Positions 23,873 to 37,629 of a stretch of 64,000 nucleotides of DNA are shown here, piece after piece. The position numbers and the translations under genes were made by a program. Below the pieces are notes generated by a model. The model was not told where the DNA came from. It saw only the letters and a program-made list of their open reading frames with translations, and did not search any database. The first letter of the stretch is position 1. Every line of letters starts with the position of its first letter. The stretch is taken from positions 496,001 to 560,000 of the forward strand of contig JAPDFW010000053.1 of NCBI GenBank assembly GCA_028826165.1, in the 5' to 3' direction. Source of the DNA: Anaeramoeba ignava BMAN. Taxonomy: Eukaryota; Protista; Anaeramoebae.

Positions 23873-26800
23873 CAAAAGAAATTAAAGAACAAAACCAAAA
23901 GAATTTACCAACAAAAAATATTACAACACAAACAAAAAAGAATCAAATTCAAAATACAAATCAAAATACAAATCAAATTCAAAATCAAAATATAAATCCA
24001 AATATAAATCAAAATAAAAACCAAATCCAAAATAAAAATCAAGCTCAAAATCAAAATCCAAAAAAACAACAAAAACAAAAAAAAGGATTTTTTAAATCAT
24101 TCTTTGGAAAATTTGGATCGAAAACCAATCAACCAACAAAATCAACTGTTTCAGTTCTTGAACAAAATGCAGATAAAGAACTTAAAATATCAATTGAAGA
24201 AATTGAGAAAGAAAAAGAAATAGCAATCAATTCATTAGATCAACATGAATCAAATATATCAAAAAATGAAATTGATGATGAACTTGATATTTCATTACTT
24301 TGTCGTATTTGTGAAAATTTGGTTCCATCTCGTTTATTAGCAGAACATAGCAAATATTGTGTGATAGTACATAAATCAGATATCCTTTCCACTTCTTGTG
24401 ATGAAAGACTGAAAAAGGTTTTTTATTTATAAATTTTTTGAAACCTAAAAATATAAATTTTTTTAAATCAACAAAATTTATATTTTTTTAGATGATAAAA
24501 TATGCTAATCAACATCTTAATTCTTTAAAAAATCCTGCAAGAAAATATAGAGATATTCTTTTATTTGAAAATATTAAGATTATTGCTCAATGGTTCGTTT
24601 TATTTAATATTCTTCTTTTGATCCAAAATTTTAAATTTCCAAAAAATAATTTTATTTATAAAAAAAAAATTTTCTTTTCTATTTTATATTGAATTAGTGT
24701 TTCTAAATTAACTGTTGATACAGAAAAAGTTATTCATAAATTAGAGCTTCTTTCGAATCAATTAAATTTACAAATGCAACAAACTCAAAAAACAGGAAAT
24801 GAAAGTGTGATTATTTTTGGACAAAGAATTTTAACTCTTGTAAAAAAGAAAGAAATAAAGAATTTAATTTAAATTTATTGATTTAATTTAATTTAAATTT
24901 ATTGATTTAATTTAATTTAAATTTATTGAATTGATTTAATTGATTTAATTTGATTTAATTTAAATTTATTGATTTAATTCAAATTTATTGATTTTATTCA
25001 AATTTATTGATTTTATTTAAATTTATTGAATTGATTTAAATTTATTGATTTAATTTAAATTTATTGATTTAAATTGATTGATTTAAATTGATTGATTTAA
25101 TTTAAATTGATTGAATTGATTGATTTAAATTTATTGATTTAATTTAAATTTATTGATTTAATTTAAATTTATTTGATTTAAATTTATTGATTTAAATTTA
25201 TTTAAATTGATTTAATTTAATTTAAATTTATTAATTTAATTTAATTTAAATTTATTGATTTAATTTAAATTTATTGATTTAATTTAATTTAATTTAAATT
25301 TATTGATTTGATTTAAATTTATTGAATTGATTTAAATTTATTGATTTTATTTAATTTAAATTTATTGAATTGATTTAAATTTATTGATTTAATTTAAATT
25401 TTTAAATGAAAAATTAGTTGCAAGAGAAAAAAAAAGCATTTCTACAAAGTTTAGATGCTTCTCCATATTTGAGACATGTTTCTCATTCACGAACTTCAAC
25501 ACCACCAGATTTGGATAAGAAAATATCAATCAAATCATTCGAATTGATAAAATTAATATCTAGAGGAGCTTATGGGTAAATTAAAAAAGAAATATCAAAT
25601 CATTTTAAAAATTTAATTTTATTTATTTTATTTATTTATTTTATTTATTTTATTTATTTATTTATTTTTATTAGTCAAGTTTATCTTGCTCGAAAGAAAA
25701 CAAGTAAAGATATTTATGCAATTAAAGTTCTTAAAAAAGAAGATATGCGTAAATTTATAAAATATTTGATTTTTTAAATCATTTTTAAATCATTTTTAAA
25801 TCATTATTTTCAATTTATCATTTTTTTTTAAAACAAAATTTAGTTCGAAAAAATCAAGGGAAACATGTGAAAACTGAAAAAAAGATTTTAATCAAAACAG
25901 ACAATCCATTTGTAGTGAAACTTTTTTATTCATTTCAAAGCTCCAAACATTTATATATTGTTATGGAATATTTAAGTGGAGGAGATTTATATTCACTTTT
26001 AAGAAATGTTGATTATTTAAGTGAAAAAATGGCAAGAATGTATCTTGCAGAAGTTGTTCTTGCTTTGGAATATTTACATGCTAATAATATTGTTCATCGT
26101 GATCTGAAACCAGATAATCTTTTGATTAATTCTGAAGGTCATATTAAATTAACTGATTTTGGACTTTCTTGGATGGGTTTATATGAAAGAGCTCAACAAA
26201 ATCCATATGATTTAGTTGATGGACAATTTTCTGTAAAAAAAACTATTAATTTTTATATTAATATTTAATTTAATATTTAATTTAATATTTATTTTAATAT
26301 TTAATTTTATTTCAATATTTAATTTAATATTTAATTTTATTTCAATATTTAATTTAATATTTATTTTAATATTTATTTCAATATTTATTTTAATATTTAT
26401 TTTAATATTCAATATTTATTTTAATATTTTTGATTTTTTTCTTTTTAAAAAAATAAAGGATACTCCAATGCCTATGCCTGTTATTGAAATTGAACATACA
26501 GATGATATTCAATTTGATTCACTTTGTCGTCCAATTAGAACAAAACCTACTAATACAAAACAAAATGAAAATGAAAATATTCAAAATATTCAAAATCAAA
26601 ATGAAAATGAAAAACAAATTCAAAATCAAAATAAAATTCAAAATGAAAATGAAAATGAAAAAATTCAAAATATTCAAATTCAAAATCAAAATCAAAATCA
26701 AAATGAAAATGAAAATGAAAATGAAAATATTCAAAATATTCAAAATCAAAATCAAAATATTCAAAATCAAATTGAAAATATTCAAAATCAAAATGAAAAT

Positions 26801-27850
26801 GAAAAACAAAATCAAAATCAAAATATCCAAAATCAAAATGAAAATATTCAAAATCAAAATGAAAAACAAAATCAAAATCAAATTGAAAATATTCAAATTC
26901 AAAATCAAAATGAAAAACAAATTCAAAATGAAAAACAAATTCAAAATATTCAAAATCAAAATGAAAAACAAAATCAGAATGAAAATGAAAAAGAAAAAGA
27001 AAAAGAAAAAGAAAATGAAAAAGAAAAAGAAAAAGAAAACGATTTCACTCATAAAACAAGTGATAAATTATCCGATATCAATCAAGAAATCACAGAACAA
27101 TCGGAGAAACGAACACATTCATTAGAAGAGATGAAACGAATACGATCATATGGAAGAAGAATACTATTATCACCTAATTTATGGACAACAGAAAGAAAAA
27201 GAAGAGCAAGATTATTTAGTGTAGTTGGAACACCCGATTATTTAGCACCAGAAATATTATTAAAAAAAGGACATGGATTCACAGTTGATTGGTGGTCATT
27301 AGGCGTTATTGCTTATGAATGTGTTGTTGGATTTCCTCCATTTCATGGAGAAAAAATTGATGAAGTTTTTGAAAATATTCTCAATCGAAGAATTCAATTT
27401 CCCGAATTTATGTCAGATGAACTTGTTGATTTAATTAATAAATTACTTGAATATGAACCTGAAAAACGATTGGGAGCAAATGGAGCTGAAGAAGTTAAAA
27501 ATCATCCTTTTTTCAATGGAATCAATTGGGAAACTATTTTGGAACAAAAACCAATGTTTGTTCCAAAAATTGTTAATGATTTTGATACTCATTATTTTAC
27601 TAAGTCAAAAGACTCTGGTTTTAGTGGAATTGATCAAGATATTCTTGATGATATGGCTAATGCTTCTTTTAATGAGGATAATTTATATGGAATTGGTTCT
27701 GATCCTGATGATTTTAGAGATTTTACTAGTATTAATGTGGATCAACTTGCAAATGTTAATAAAGATAATTTTAATAAGTATACAAGATTGAGATCTGAAT
27801 CTGCTAATCTTGCAAATGCAAAAATGTTTCAACCCAAGAACAAAGATTGA
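21895..27850 (+). CDS. AGC kinase of the IRE/Rim15/MAST(Greatwall) group with CCHC zinc finger and long kinase insert (~10 exons)
   Basis: Spliced model gives [51 protein letters not shown], an N/Q-rich insert, [16 protein letters not shown] and the AGC tail FVPK...DTHYF. All introns are GT-AG. Confidence 0.92.
22150..22600. repeat. Intronic 12-bp satellite (TTTAATTTATAA/TTTTATTTATAA)n
   Basis: Fills kinase intron 1 (22103-22603); closely related to the sense strand of the RhoGAP intron satellite. Confidence 0.9.
23190..23668. repeat. Intronic degenerate (TTTAATTGA)n repeat
   Basis: Fills intron 23188-23671. Confidence 0.85.
24860..25405. repeat. Intronic (TTTAAATTTATTGA)n-type repeat
   Basis: Fills intron 24840-25417. 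Confidence 0.85.
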
Positions 27851-27949
27851 AATTAAGATTGAAATTAAAATTTAAAATTAAAATTTAATTTGAATTGAAA
27901 AATTTAATTAAAAAACTTGTAACAACATTTATTTATTTATTTATTAATT

Positions 27950-28820
27950 TTGATTGAAAAATTTATCAAAAATTTAATCCAAAGTTTAATCCAAAATTTA
28001 TTCAAAATTTATTCAAAATTTAATCTAAAAAGTTTATTCAAAAATTTATTCAAAAAGTTTATTCAAAATTTAATCCAAAAATTAATTCAAAATTTAATTC
28101 AAAATTTAATCAAAATTTATTCAAAATTTATTCAAAATTTAATCTAAAAATTTAATCAAAATTAATTCAAAGTTTAATCTAAATTTATTCTAAAATTTAT
28201 CCAAAAATTTATTCAAAAATTTAATTCAAAGTTTAATCCAAAATTTATTCAAAATTTATTCAAAATTTAATCTAAAAAGTTTATTCAAAAATTTATTCAA
28301 AATTTATTCAAAATTTAATCCAAAAATTTATTCAAAAATTAATCCAAACTTTATTCAAAATTTATTCAAAATTTTATTCTAAAATTTAATCCAAAAATTT
28401 AATCAAAATTTATTCTAAAATTTATTCTAAATTTATTCTAAAATTTATCCAAAAAGTTTAATCAAAAATTTATTCAAAAATTTAATTATTTTTTTTATAA
28501 TTTTCTTGTTCATAATTTATTTGAATTTTATTCAAAAATTTATTCAAAAATTTATTCAAAAATTTAATTCTAAATTTATTCTAAAAATTTTATTCAAAAT
28601 TTATTCTAAAAATTTTATTCAAAATTTATTCTAAAATTTATTCTAAAAATTTATTCTAAAAATTTAATCCAAAAAATTTATTGAAAAGTTTATTCTAAAT
28701 TTATCCAAAAGTTTATTCTAAATTTATTCAAAAATTTAATCCAAAAATTTATTCTAAATCTATTCTAAAAGTTTAATTATTTTTTTTTATAATTTTCTTG
28801 TTCATAATTTATTTGAATTT
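27950..28820. repeat. Intergenic ~12-bp satellite (AAAATTTATTCA)n with a duplicated ~50-bp unique block
   Basis: The block TTTAATTATTTTTTTTATAATTTTCTTGTTCATAATTTATTTGAATTTTATT occurs at ~28481 and ~28772. Confidence 0.85.
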
Positions 28821-28926
28821 TATTTCATTTTTTTAAATTAAAAAAAAAAAAGCAAAAAATTTAATTTTTCATTTTTTTAATTTCATTTTTTTATTTTTTC
28901 ATTTTCATTTTTTAAAAAAACAATAA

Positions 28927-31900
28927 ATGATCGTTATTGATATTGGTTCATATTCTTTTCGTGTTGGATTTGCAGAAGATCCCAAACCAACAGAAATATT
29001 ACTTCCAGTAATTGGAGAAATCAAAGAAGCAAAATATAAAGAAAAAATAGGAAAATCAACATTTATTGGAAATCAAGCACTTGAAAAAGAAAAATATCTA
29101 AATTTATCATATCCAATTCAAGAAGGAATAGTAAATGAATGGGAATCATTTGAGAAATTTTTGGAATATTTTTTCACATTCATTTTCCCAATTGTACCGA
29201 ATCAAACCACAATGGTCACAGAACCTCCACATAATCCAAAACAAAATCGCGAAAAAACACTTTCGTTATTTTTCGAAAAATTTGGATTCGGGAAATTTTA
29301 TTTGGCAGCTCAACCAGTTCTTTCTTTGTTTCCTCTTCAATTGACAACTGGTCTTGTTCTTGATATTGGGGATTCACTTACTTATGCAATTTCCGTTGAT
29401 AAAGGATTTGCTCTTCTTTCATCTTTGCAAGTCGTTAAAACTTCAGGAAAGGATTTATCGAATTATTTTATTAATTTGTTTGGAAATGAATTGATTTTTG
29501 ACAATTTGTTGCAAAAAAAACAAATTTTAGAGGATATTAAACACAAACTCTGTTTTGTTTCAACTAATTTTGAGGAGGAAATTCTTGATAAGAAATTTGA
29601 GACTTGGAAAAGTCTTCAATATGAATTACCATCAGGAAAAACAATTTCAGTTGGAAATTCATGCATCAATTGTCCCGAGAGTTTATTCAAACCTTCGATT
29701 GTCGGGAATAATGATATTGGAATTCATCAAGCTGTTTATAACTCAATTATGTCATGCAGTCCAAAATCTCAGGATAGTTTGTTTGAAAATATTGTTTTGA
29801 CTGGAGGATCTTCTTTGTTTCCAAAATTGGATATTCGATTGAAAAATGAACTACTTAAATTAGCTCCAAATAAGGATATCAACGTTATATTGCCTGATGA
29901 TCCAAATCTTTCATCTTGGATTGGTGGTTCTTTTCTTGGATCACTTCCTGATTTTGCTTCAATGTGTGTTTCTAAGCAAGATTATGATGATTATGGTCCT
30001 TCTATTGTTCATAAAAGATGTGATTTTGTTATGGATAGCTTTTTGGATCAAAACGAAAATCTTATTGAAACTTTTGATTTTAGTGAATCTTTTTCAGATA
30101 CTTCTACTGGAGATGAGTTTGAAGAGTTTATTTTTGAAGAAGATGATAAAAAAGATGAAATTAAAGATGAATTTTAAAGAATTTATTTTTGAAGAAGTTA
30201 AAGATGATAAAAAAGATGATAAAAAAGATGATAAAAAAGATAAAATTAAAGATGATTTTAAAGAAAAAATTTTTGAAGAATTAAAGATGATAAAAAAGAT
30301 GTTAAAGATGATAAAAAAGAAGTTAAAGATGAAATCAAAGTAGTTAAAGAAGAAATTAAAGATGAAATCAAAGATGATAAAAAAGAATTTATTTTTGAAG
30401 AAGTTAAAGATGATAAAAAAGATGATAAAAAAGATGATAAAAAAGATAAAAAAGATGATAAAAAAGATGAAATAAAAGATGATTTTAAAGAATTTATTTT
30501 TGAAGAAGTTAAAGATGAAATCAAAGATGATAAAAAAGTTAAAAAAGATGATAAAAAAGAAGTTAAAGAAGATAAAAAAGAATTTATTTTTGAAGAAGTT
30601 AAAGATGATAAAAAAGAAGTTAAAGATGATAAAAAAGATGAAATCAAAGATGAAAAAAAAGTTAAAGATGAATTCAAAAGATGAAAAAAAAGATTTTTAA
30701 AGATTGATTTTAAAAATTTATTTTGAAGAAGCAAAAGATGAAATCAAAGATGATAAAAAAGAAGTTAAAGATGATAAAAAGATTATTTAAAAAGAAGTTA
30801 AAGAAGTAAAAGAAGTTAATATTAAAGATGATACAAAAGATGAAATTAAAGAAGAAGATATTCAAAACGAAATTAAAGATATTTTTAAAGGATTTATTTT
30901 TCAAAAAGTAGATAAAAAAGTAGATAAAAAAGATGAAATCAAAGATGATAAAAAAGAAGTTAAAGATGATAAAAAAGAAGTTAAAGAAGTTAAAAAAGAT
31001 AATAAAAAAGAAGTTAAAGATGAAATCAAAGAAGATAAAAAAGAATTTATTTTTGAAGAAGTTAAAGATGATAAAAAAGAAGTTAAAGATGAAATCAAAG
31101 ATGATAAAAAAGATGATATCAAAGATGATAAAAAAGATGAAATCAAAGATTATAAAAAAGAAGTTAAAGATGATAAAAAAGATGAAATCAAAGATGATAA
31201 AAAAGAAGTTAAAGATGATAAAAAAGATGAAATCAAAGATGATAAAAAAGTAGTTAAGGATGATAAAAAAGAAGTTAAAGATGATAAAAAAGAAGTTAAA
31301 GATGAAATCAAAGATGAAATCAAAGATGATAAAAAAGAAGTTAAAGATGAAATCAAAGATGATAAAAAAGATGAAATCAAAGAAGTTAAAAAAGAAGTTA
31401 AGGATGATAAAAAAGAAGTTAAAGAAGTTAAAAAAGATAATAAAAAAGAAGTTAAAGATGAAATCAAAGATGATAAAAAAGAAGTTAAAAAAGAAGTTAA
31501 AGATGATAAAAAAGATGAAATCAAAAAAGATGAAATCAAAGATAAAGAAGAAATCAAAGATGATAAAAAAGGAAAAAAATGATAAAAAAGATGATAAAAA
31601 AGATGAAATCAAAGATGATAAAAAAGTAGTTAAGGATGATATCAAAGATGATAAAAAAGATGAAATCAAAGAAGTTAAAAAAGAAATTAAAGATGATAAA
31701 AAAGAAGTTAAAGATGAAATCAAAGATGAAATCAAAGATGATAAAAAAGAAGTTAAAGATGAAATCAAAAAAGATGAAATCAAAGATGATAAAAAAGAAA
31801 TCAAAGATGATAAAAAAGTAGTTAAAGATGATAAAAAAGAAGTTAAAAAAGAAGATAAATATGAATTTCAAGAATTTATTTTTGAAGAAGTTAAAGATGA

Positions 31901-32701
31901 TAAAAAAGATGATAAAAAAGAAGTTAAAGATAAAATCAAAAAAGTTAAAGATGAAATCAAAGAAGTTAAAAAAGATGAAAAAAAGATGATAAAAAAGTAG
32001 TTAAAAAAGATGAAATCAAAGAAGATAAAAAAGAAGTTAAAGATGAAATCAAAGAAGTTAAAAAAGAAGTTAAAGAAGTTAAAGATGATAAAAAAGAAGT
32101 CAAATATGATAAAAAAGAAGTTAAAGAAGATAAAAAAGATGAAATCAAAGATGATAAAAAAGTAGTTAAAGATGAAATCAAAGATCATAAAAATGAAATT
32201 ATTGAAGTTAAAGAAGAAGTCCAAATTATTGAAACTGAAGAAATGAGAAAAAAAAGAGAAAAAGAAGAAAAAGAAAAAATTCTTCAAGAAAAAGAAAAAA
32301 AACTCGAAGAATTCGACAATCAAATTGAACAACTCACAACAAAAAAAGAGGAACTTCTCAAACTAATAAAAACACAAGAAGAAACAAACGAAAAACTTAA
32401 ATCAAAAATGGGAAGTCTTTCAATTCAAATCAAAGCAAACGAATCACACAATAAAGTTATTCTTCAAGTTCAATCTCTTTCAGAAAAAAATCGAGAAATT
32501 TTATCACAAGAAAAAATCAAACTTTTTGGAAAAGAACATTCACTTACAACACAACAAGAAGAATTAATGAAAAAACAAAAAGAATTGGCTTCAGAAAAAT
32601 CACTTTTTTTTCAACAAAAGAAAGAATTTAATATTTTAAAAGAAAAAATTTCTTCATTATCTTCATTAGTTAAATCACTAACAGAAATGAATCAGAAATG
32701 A
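28927..32701 (+). CDS. Divergent actin/actin-related protein fused to a long KDDKKEV/KDEI charged repeat tail and terminal coiled coil (several indels in the repeat)
   Basis: Actin motifs VIDIGSY, YPIQEGIV, VTEPPHNPKQNREK, TGLVLDIGD, YELPSG, CPESLFKP, NIVLTGGSSLF, SSWIGGS and GPSIVHKRC. The repeat that starts inside ORF 28927 continues through small frame jumps into ORF 32243..32701. Confidence 0.8.
30110..32190 (+). repeat. Coding tandem repeat (AAAGATGATAAAAAAGAAGTT / AAAGATGAAATC; periodic EFIFEEV blocks)
   Basis: Purine-rich triplet-periodic repeat encoding K/D/E/V/I. Confidence 0.85.
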
Positions 32702-32807
32702 ATCAGAAATTGTTTTTTTTCTTATTTCTTATTTCTTTTCTTTTTGTTTTTTTTTTTTTTGCATTTTTGTTTTTTCATTTTTTTCTTTTGATAAGTTAAA
32801 AATTTAA

Positions 32808-34335
32808 ATGAATCAAAAATTATCATTTGAAATTTTTTTAATTTTCATTTTAATCTTCAAATCATTTCTTTGTGAAAATCAAAAATTAATCAAAGATTCA
32901 TATTTTGAACAAATTTTAATCGCAAATGATGGCAAATCAAATGATAATTTTGGATCAAGTGTTTCAATATCAGAAAATTTTTCAGTAATTGGGGCTTCTC
33001 TTGCAAATGTTGGGAATAATATCTATCAAGGAAAAGCATATATTTTTGGAAATAGTGGAATAAATTGGAAACAAACACAAATTTTAATTGCAAATGATGG
33101 TCAAGAAAATGATAATTTTGGATCAAGTATTTCAATATCAGGAAATACATTAATAATTGGATCTCCTTTTGCAACACTCAATAATAATAATTATCAAGGA
33201 AAAGCATATATTTTTGGAAATAACGGAACAAATTGGAATCAAATCCAAATTTTAATTGCAAATGATGGGAAAATCAGGAGATAATTTTGGATCAAGTGTT
33301 TCAATAACAGGAAATACTTTAATAATTGGATCTCCAGGAGCAACTGTTGGAAATAATCAAGAACAAGGAAAAGCATATATTTTTGGAAATAACGGAACAA
33401 ATTGGAATCAAATTCAAATTTTAATTTCAAATGATGGTCAAGAATATGATAGTTTTGGATCAAGTATTTCAATATCAGGAAATACATTAATAATTGGAGC
33501 TCCAAATGCAAAAATTGCAAGTTCCTCAACACAAGGAAAAGTATATATTTTTGAAAATAACGGAACAAATTGGAATCAAATCCAAATTTTAAATGGAATG
33601 AATGGTGTCAATGATTACAATTTTGGAACAAGTGTTGCCATTTCAGGAAGCAATATTTTTGTAGGATCCCCCAATGCTTTTACATCTGATGATCCTTGTA
33701 TCGGATTCATTTCCATTTTCCAAAAAACGCAACAAAGTTGGAATTTTAAACAAATTCTATTTCCAAATGATGGAGAAATTTGTTGGAATTTTGGATCAAG
33801 TATTTCAATATCAGAAAATATTTTAATAATCGGTGCTCCAAATTACGGATGCAAAGAAAATACTGAGCAAAGTACGGCCTATATGTTTGAAAATGATGGA
33901 TCAAATTGGATCCAAAAAGTGAAATTATCGGATCCATTTGGAAATAATTGTGATCTATTTGGATCAAGTGTTTCAATATCAGGAAATTTTTCAATATTTG
34001 GATCTCCTTGGAAAAATGTCGCAGAAAATCAAATGCAAGGAAAGGCTTATCTTTTCAAAGGTTTTCCCCAAATCCCTTCTTCTCATGCTTCTGGTGTTTC
34101 AGATACTACTACTGCTTTGATTATCAGCTTGATCTGTTTAATTCTTATTATTAATATTATTGTTTTGATTATTTATTTAAGAAAAAGAAGAAGAAAAAAA
34201 ACACAATCTCAAAATCAAAAATCAAAAAAGAATTCAAAAAAGAATTCAAAAAAGAATTTGAATGAGATTGAAAAGGAAACTGAATTGAAAGATTTGGTTT
34301 CAGATGGTGATCAAGAAACTACTAAATTAATTTAA
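32808..34335 (+). CDS. FG-GAP repeat beta-propeller type I membrane protein, paralog 1 (one frameshift near 33267-33273)
   Basis: Signal peptide, 7 repeats of FGSSVSISGN..IIG(A/S)P....QGKAYIF, TM ALIISLICLILIINIIVLIIYL, basic stop-transfer, acidic tail ending DQETTKLI. Confidence 0.85.
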
Positions 34336-34553
34336 TCTTTTTCAACATTTTTAAAAAATCTTTTTAAAAAATGACGAATAAAAATTTTTAAACAATTTAA
34401 ACAAAAACAATTTTAAAATTTCTTCTAATTTTTTTATTTGATCCAAAAATCCCAAAATTCTAAATTAAAATTTTTTTTTTTAAATAAATAAAAAAAGCAA
34501 AAAAAAAGAATAAATCATTTTTTTCATTTTTTTCATTTATTTTTCTTATTAAA

Positions 34554-36172
34554 ATGACGAATAATATAAACCAAAAATTTCTTTAATAAATTAATTATTT
34601 CTGTTATAATTTTGTGTTTATTTCTTTCAGAAAATGCAAAAACTAAACAAAATAAAATAAATAATAATAATAATAAAGAAACAAATATAAATTCTGAACA
34701 AATTGTAATTGCAAGTGATGGACAACAATATGATAATTTTGGATCAAGTGTTTCAATATCAGGAAATTTTTCAATAATTGGAGCACCTTTTGCAGATTAT
34801 GGAGGAAATGAAAATCAAGGAAAAGCATATATTTTTGGAAATAACGAAACAATTTGGAATCAAATCCAAATTTTAATTGCAAATGATGGAAATTCAAATG
34901 ATAATTTTGGATCAAGTGTTTCAATATCAGGAAATATTTCAGTAATTGGATCTCCTCATGCGACTGTTGGAAATAATGAAAATCAAGGAAAAGCATATAT
35001 TTTTGGAAATAACGGAACAAATTGGAATCAAATCCAAATTTTAATTGCAAGTGATGGAAAATTAGGAGATAATTTTGGATCAAGTATTTCAATAACAGGA
35101 AATTATTTAATAATTGGAGCACCTTTTGCAACTGTTGGGAAAAATGAAACTCAAGGAAAAGCATATATTTTTGAAAATAACGGAACAAATTGGAATCAAA
35201 TCCAAATTTTAATTTCAAAGGATGGTCAATCAGGAGATAATTTTGGATCAAGTGTTTCAATAACAGGAAAATTATTTAATAATTGGAGCACCTTTTGCAA
35301 CTATTGGGAATAATGAAAAAGAAGGAAAAGCATATATTTTTGAGAATGATGGGATATATTGGAATCAAAACCAAATTCTATTTGCAAATTTGGATCAAGT
35401 ATACGAACAATTTGGATCAAGTGTTTCAATATCAGGAAATATTCTATTAGTTGGGATACCCTATACGAGCTTTTCAGGATACATAAATCAAGGCAACACT
35501 TACATTTTCGAAAATGAAGGAACGAATTGGAATCAAAAAACAAAAATAGTTGGAAGTACTGCAAAATCATATAGTAATTTTGGATCAAGTGTTTCTATAT
35601 CAGGAAATATTTTAATAGCTGGAGCTCCAAATAAAGATTTCGAGAATCACATTGGGAAAGGCCAAGCTTTTATTTTCCAAAACGATGGAGTGAATTGGAA
35701 TCAAAAATCAAAATTATTTGATAATACTGGGAATGTTGACGATGGATTTGGATTCAGTGTTTCAGTTTCTGGAGACTTTTCAATAATAGGTGCTCCATGG
35801 AAGGATGTTGGAACAAATCAAGACCAAGGGAAAGTTTATATTTGTCAGGGTTTTCCTAATTCTCAAAATTCAAATGATTCAGGTTTTTCAAAAACTCAAA
35901 TGATTTTTCTAATTATAATTTCTATTCTAATTGTTTCTGCTTTTGTTCTTTGTGGAATTGTTTATTTGCATAAGAAAAGAACTCGTTTTAGAAATGTATT
36001 TAATGCTGTTTATGTAAATGAAGATCTTTTTGATGAGAAAGAAAATGAATTTGAGAAAGAAACTGAATTAGATGAATTATTGTCTGAAGATGATAGAGAA
36101 ACCTCAAGATTATTAGATCCCAATCAAAATCGAAATCAAAATCAAAATGAAATTAAAACCAAAATCAATTAG
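34554..36172 (+). CDS. FG-GAP repeat beta-propeller type I membrane protein, paralog 2 (frameshifts near 34580 and 35267-35271)
   Basis: Same repeat architecture; TM IFLIIISILIVSAFVLCGIVYL; tail EKETELDELLSEDDRETSRLL is homologous to paralog 1. Confidence 0.8.
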
Positions 36173-36926
36173 AAAATGAAATCAAAATCAATCAAAATCA
36201 AAATCAAAATCAAAATCAAAATTAAAATCAATATCAAAATCAATTAGAAAATGAAATTAATATCAAAATCAAAATCAAAATCAAAATCAAAATTAAAATC
36301 AAAATTAAAATTAAAATTAAAATCAAAATTAAAATTAAAATTAAAATTAAAATCAAAATCAAAATTAAAATTAAAATTAATATTAAAATCAAAATCAAAA
36401 TCAAAATCAAAATCAAAATTAAAATTAAAATCAAAATCAAAATTAAAATTAAAAATCAAAATTAAAATCAAAATCAAAATCAAAATCAAAATTAAAATCA
36501 AAATCAAAATTAAAATCAAAATTAAAAAAATCAAAATTAAAATCAAAATCAAAATTAAAATTAAAATCAAAATTAAAAATTAAAATTCAAAATCAAAAAT
36601 CAAAATTAAAATCAAAATTAAAATCAAAATCAAAATCAAAATTAAAATTAAAATCAAAATTAAAATTAAAATCAAAATTAAAAATCAAAATTAAAATCAA
36701 AATCAAAATCCAAATTAAAATTAAAATAAAATTAAAATTAAAATCAAAATTAAAATTAAAATCAAAATTAAAATTAAAATCAAAATTAAAATTAAAATTA
36801 AAATTAAAATTAAAATTAAAAATTAAAATTAAAATCAAAATCCAAAATTAAAATTAAAATCAAAATTAAAATTGAAATCAAAATTAAAATTAAAATCAAA
36901 ATCAAAATTAAAATCAAAATCAAAAT
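36173..36926. repeat. Intergenic hexamer (AAAATC/AAAATT)n
   Basis: Continues the QNQN-coding hexamer from the end of the upstream gene; the stop-codon context CAATTAGAAAATGAAAT is duplicated. Confidence 0.9.
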
Positions 36927-36993
36927 TTTTTTTCAATTTAATTTTTTCATTTTTTTTCTTTCATTTTTTTTTTAAAAAATAAAAAATAAAAAA

Positions 36994-37629
36994 ATGTTTA
37001 AAGCACTCCTTTTAATTCTTGGGTTAATAGTGATTATACTATTTGGATTTTTATCAATTTCAACAGGAACATATTATTTAGCAAGACTTGCAGAAGAAAA
37101 CACAGCGCAAGTAAAAAGATTAATAGGAATATCAACAATCATAATATTAGTTGTTCATCTTGGACTTTTAAGTTTTGAAGGATTTCCATTTTATTTAATA
37201 GGAATATCAGTTTTAACTCATGTTATTTATTCAAAATTTCTCACAAAATTTCCGTTTATTAACTTTAAATCACTTGAAGCTATTTTAAGTCTTTTTATGA
37301 CTATTATTAATAATATTATTTGGATTTTATATCTTTCAAATCGCAAATTTAATATGTTTAACTCCTTTTCTTTACTTTCTCTTTGTGTTTGGTCAATTCC
37401 TTTTGCTTATTTTATTTCTCTTAATTCAAATCCAGAAAGTTATTCTTCTCGAAATTCTAGAAAATTTCCAAGAAATTCTTTCAAAAGAAATTCAAACTTT
37501 AATCAAAATTCTGATAATAATTTAAATTCTGTTTATATTGATAATTCTGAATCTGATTCTAGTTCTGGAAATTTAGTTTTTAAATTGTTTTCTTTTTTAG
37601 ATGAAATGAAAAAGAAAATTTTAAATTAG
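36994..37629 (+). CDS. TEX261: TEX261/Svp26 (Erv26-family) ER-Golgi membrane adaptor
   Basis: STGTYYLARLAEENT..VKRLI, four to five TM helices and LCVWSIPFAYFISL match the family signatures. Confidence 0.85.
   Translation: MFKALLLILGLIVIILFGFLSISTGTYYLARLAEENTAQVKRLIGISTIIILVVHLGLLSFEGFPFYLIGISVLTHVIYSKFLTKFPFINFKSLEAILSLFMTIINNIIWILYLSNRKFNMFNSFSLLSLCVWSIPFAYFISLNSNPESYSSRNSRKFPRNSFKRNSNFNQNSDNNLNSVYIDNSESDSSSGNLVFKLFSFLDEMKKKILN

Noticed and set aside
30258-32332. Antisense SSFLSSL/FFIIF ORFs and off-frame MIKKKLK ORFs
   Set aside because: They are shadows of the KDDKKEV coding repeat.
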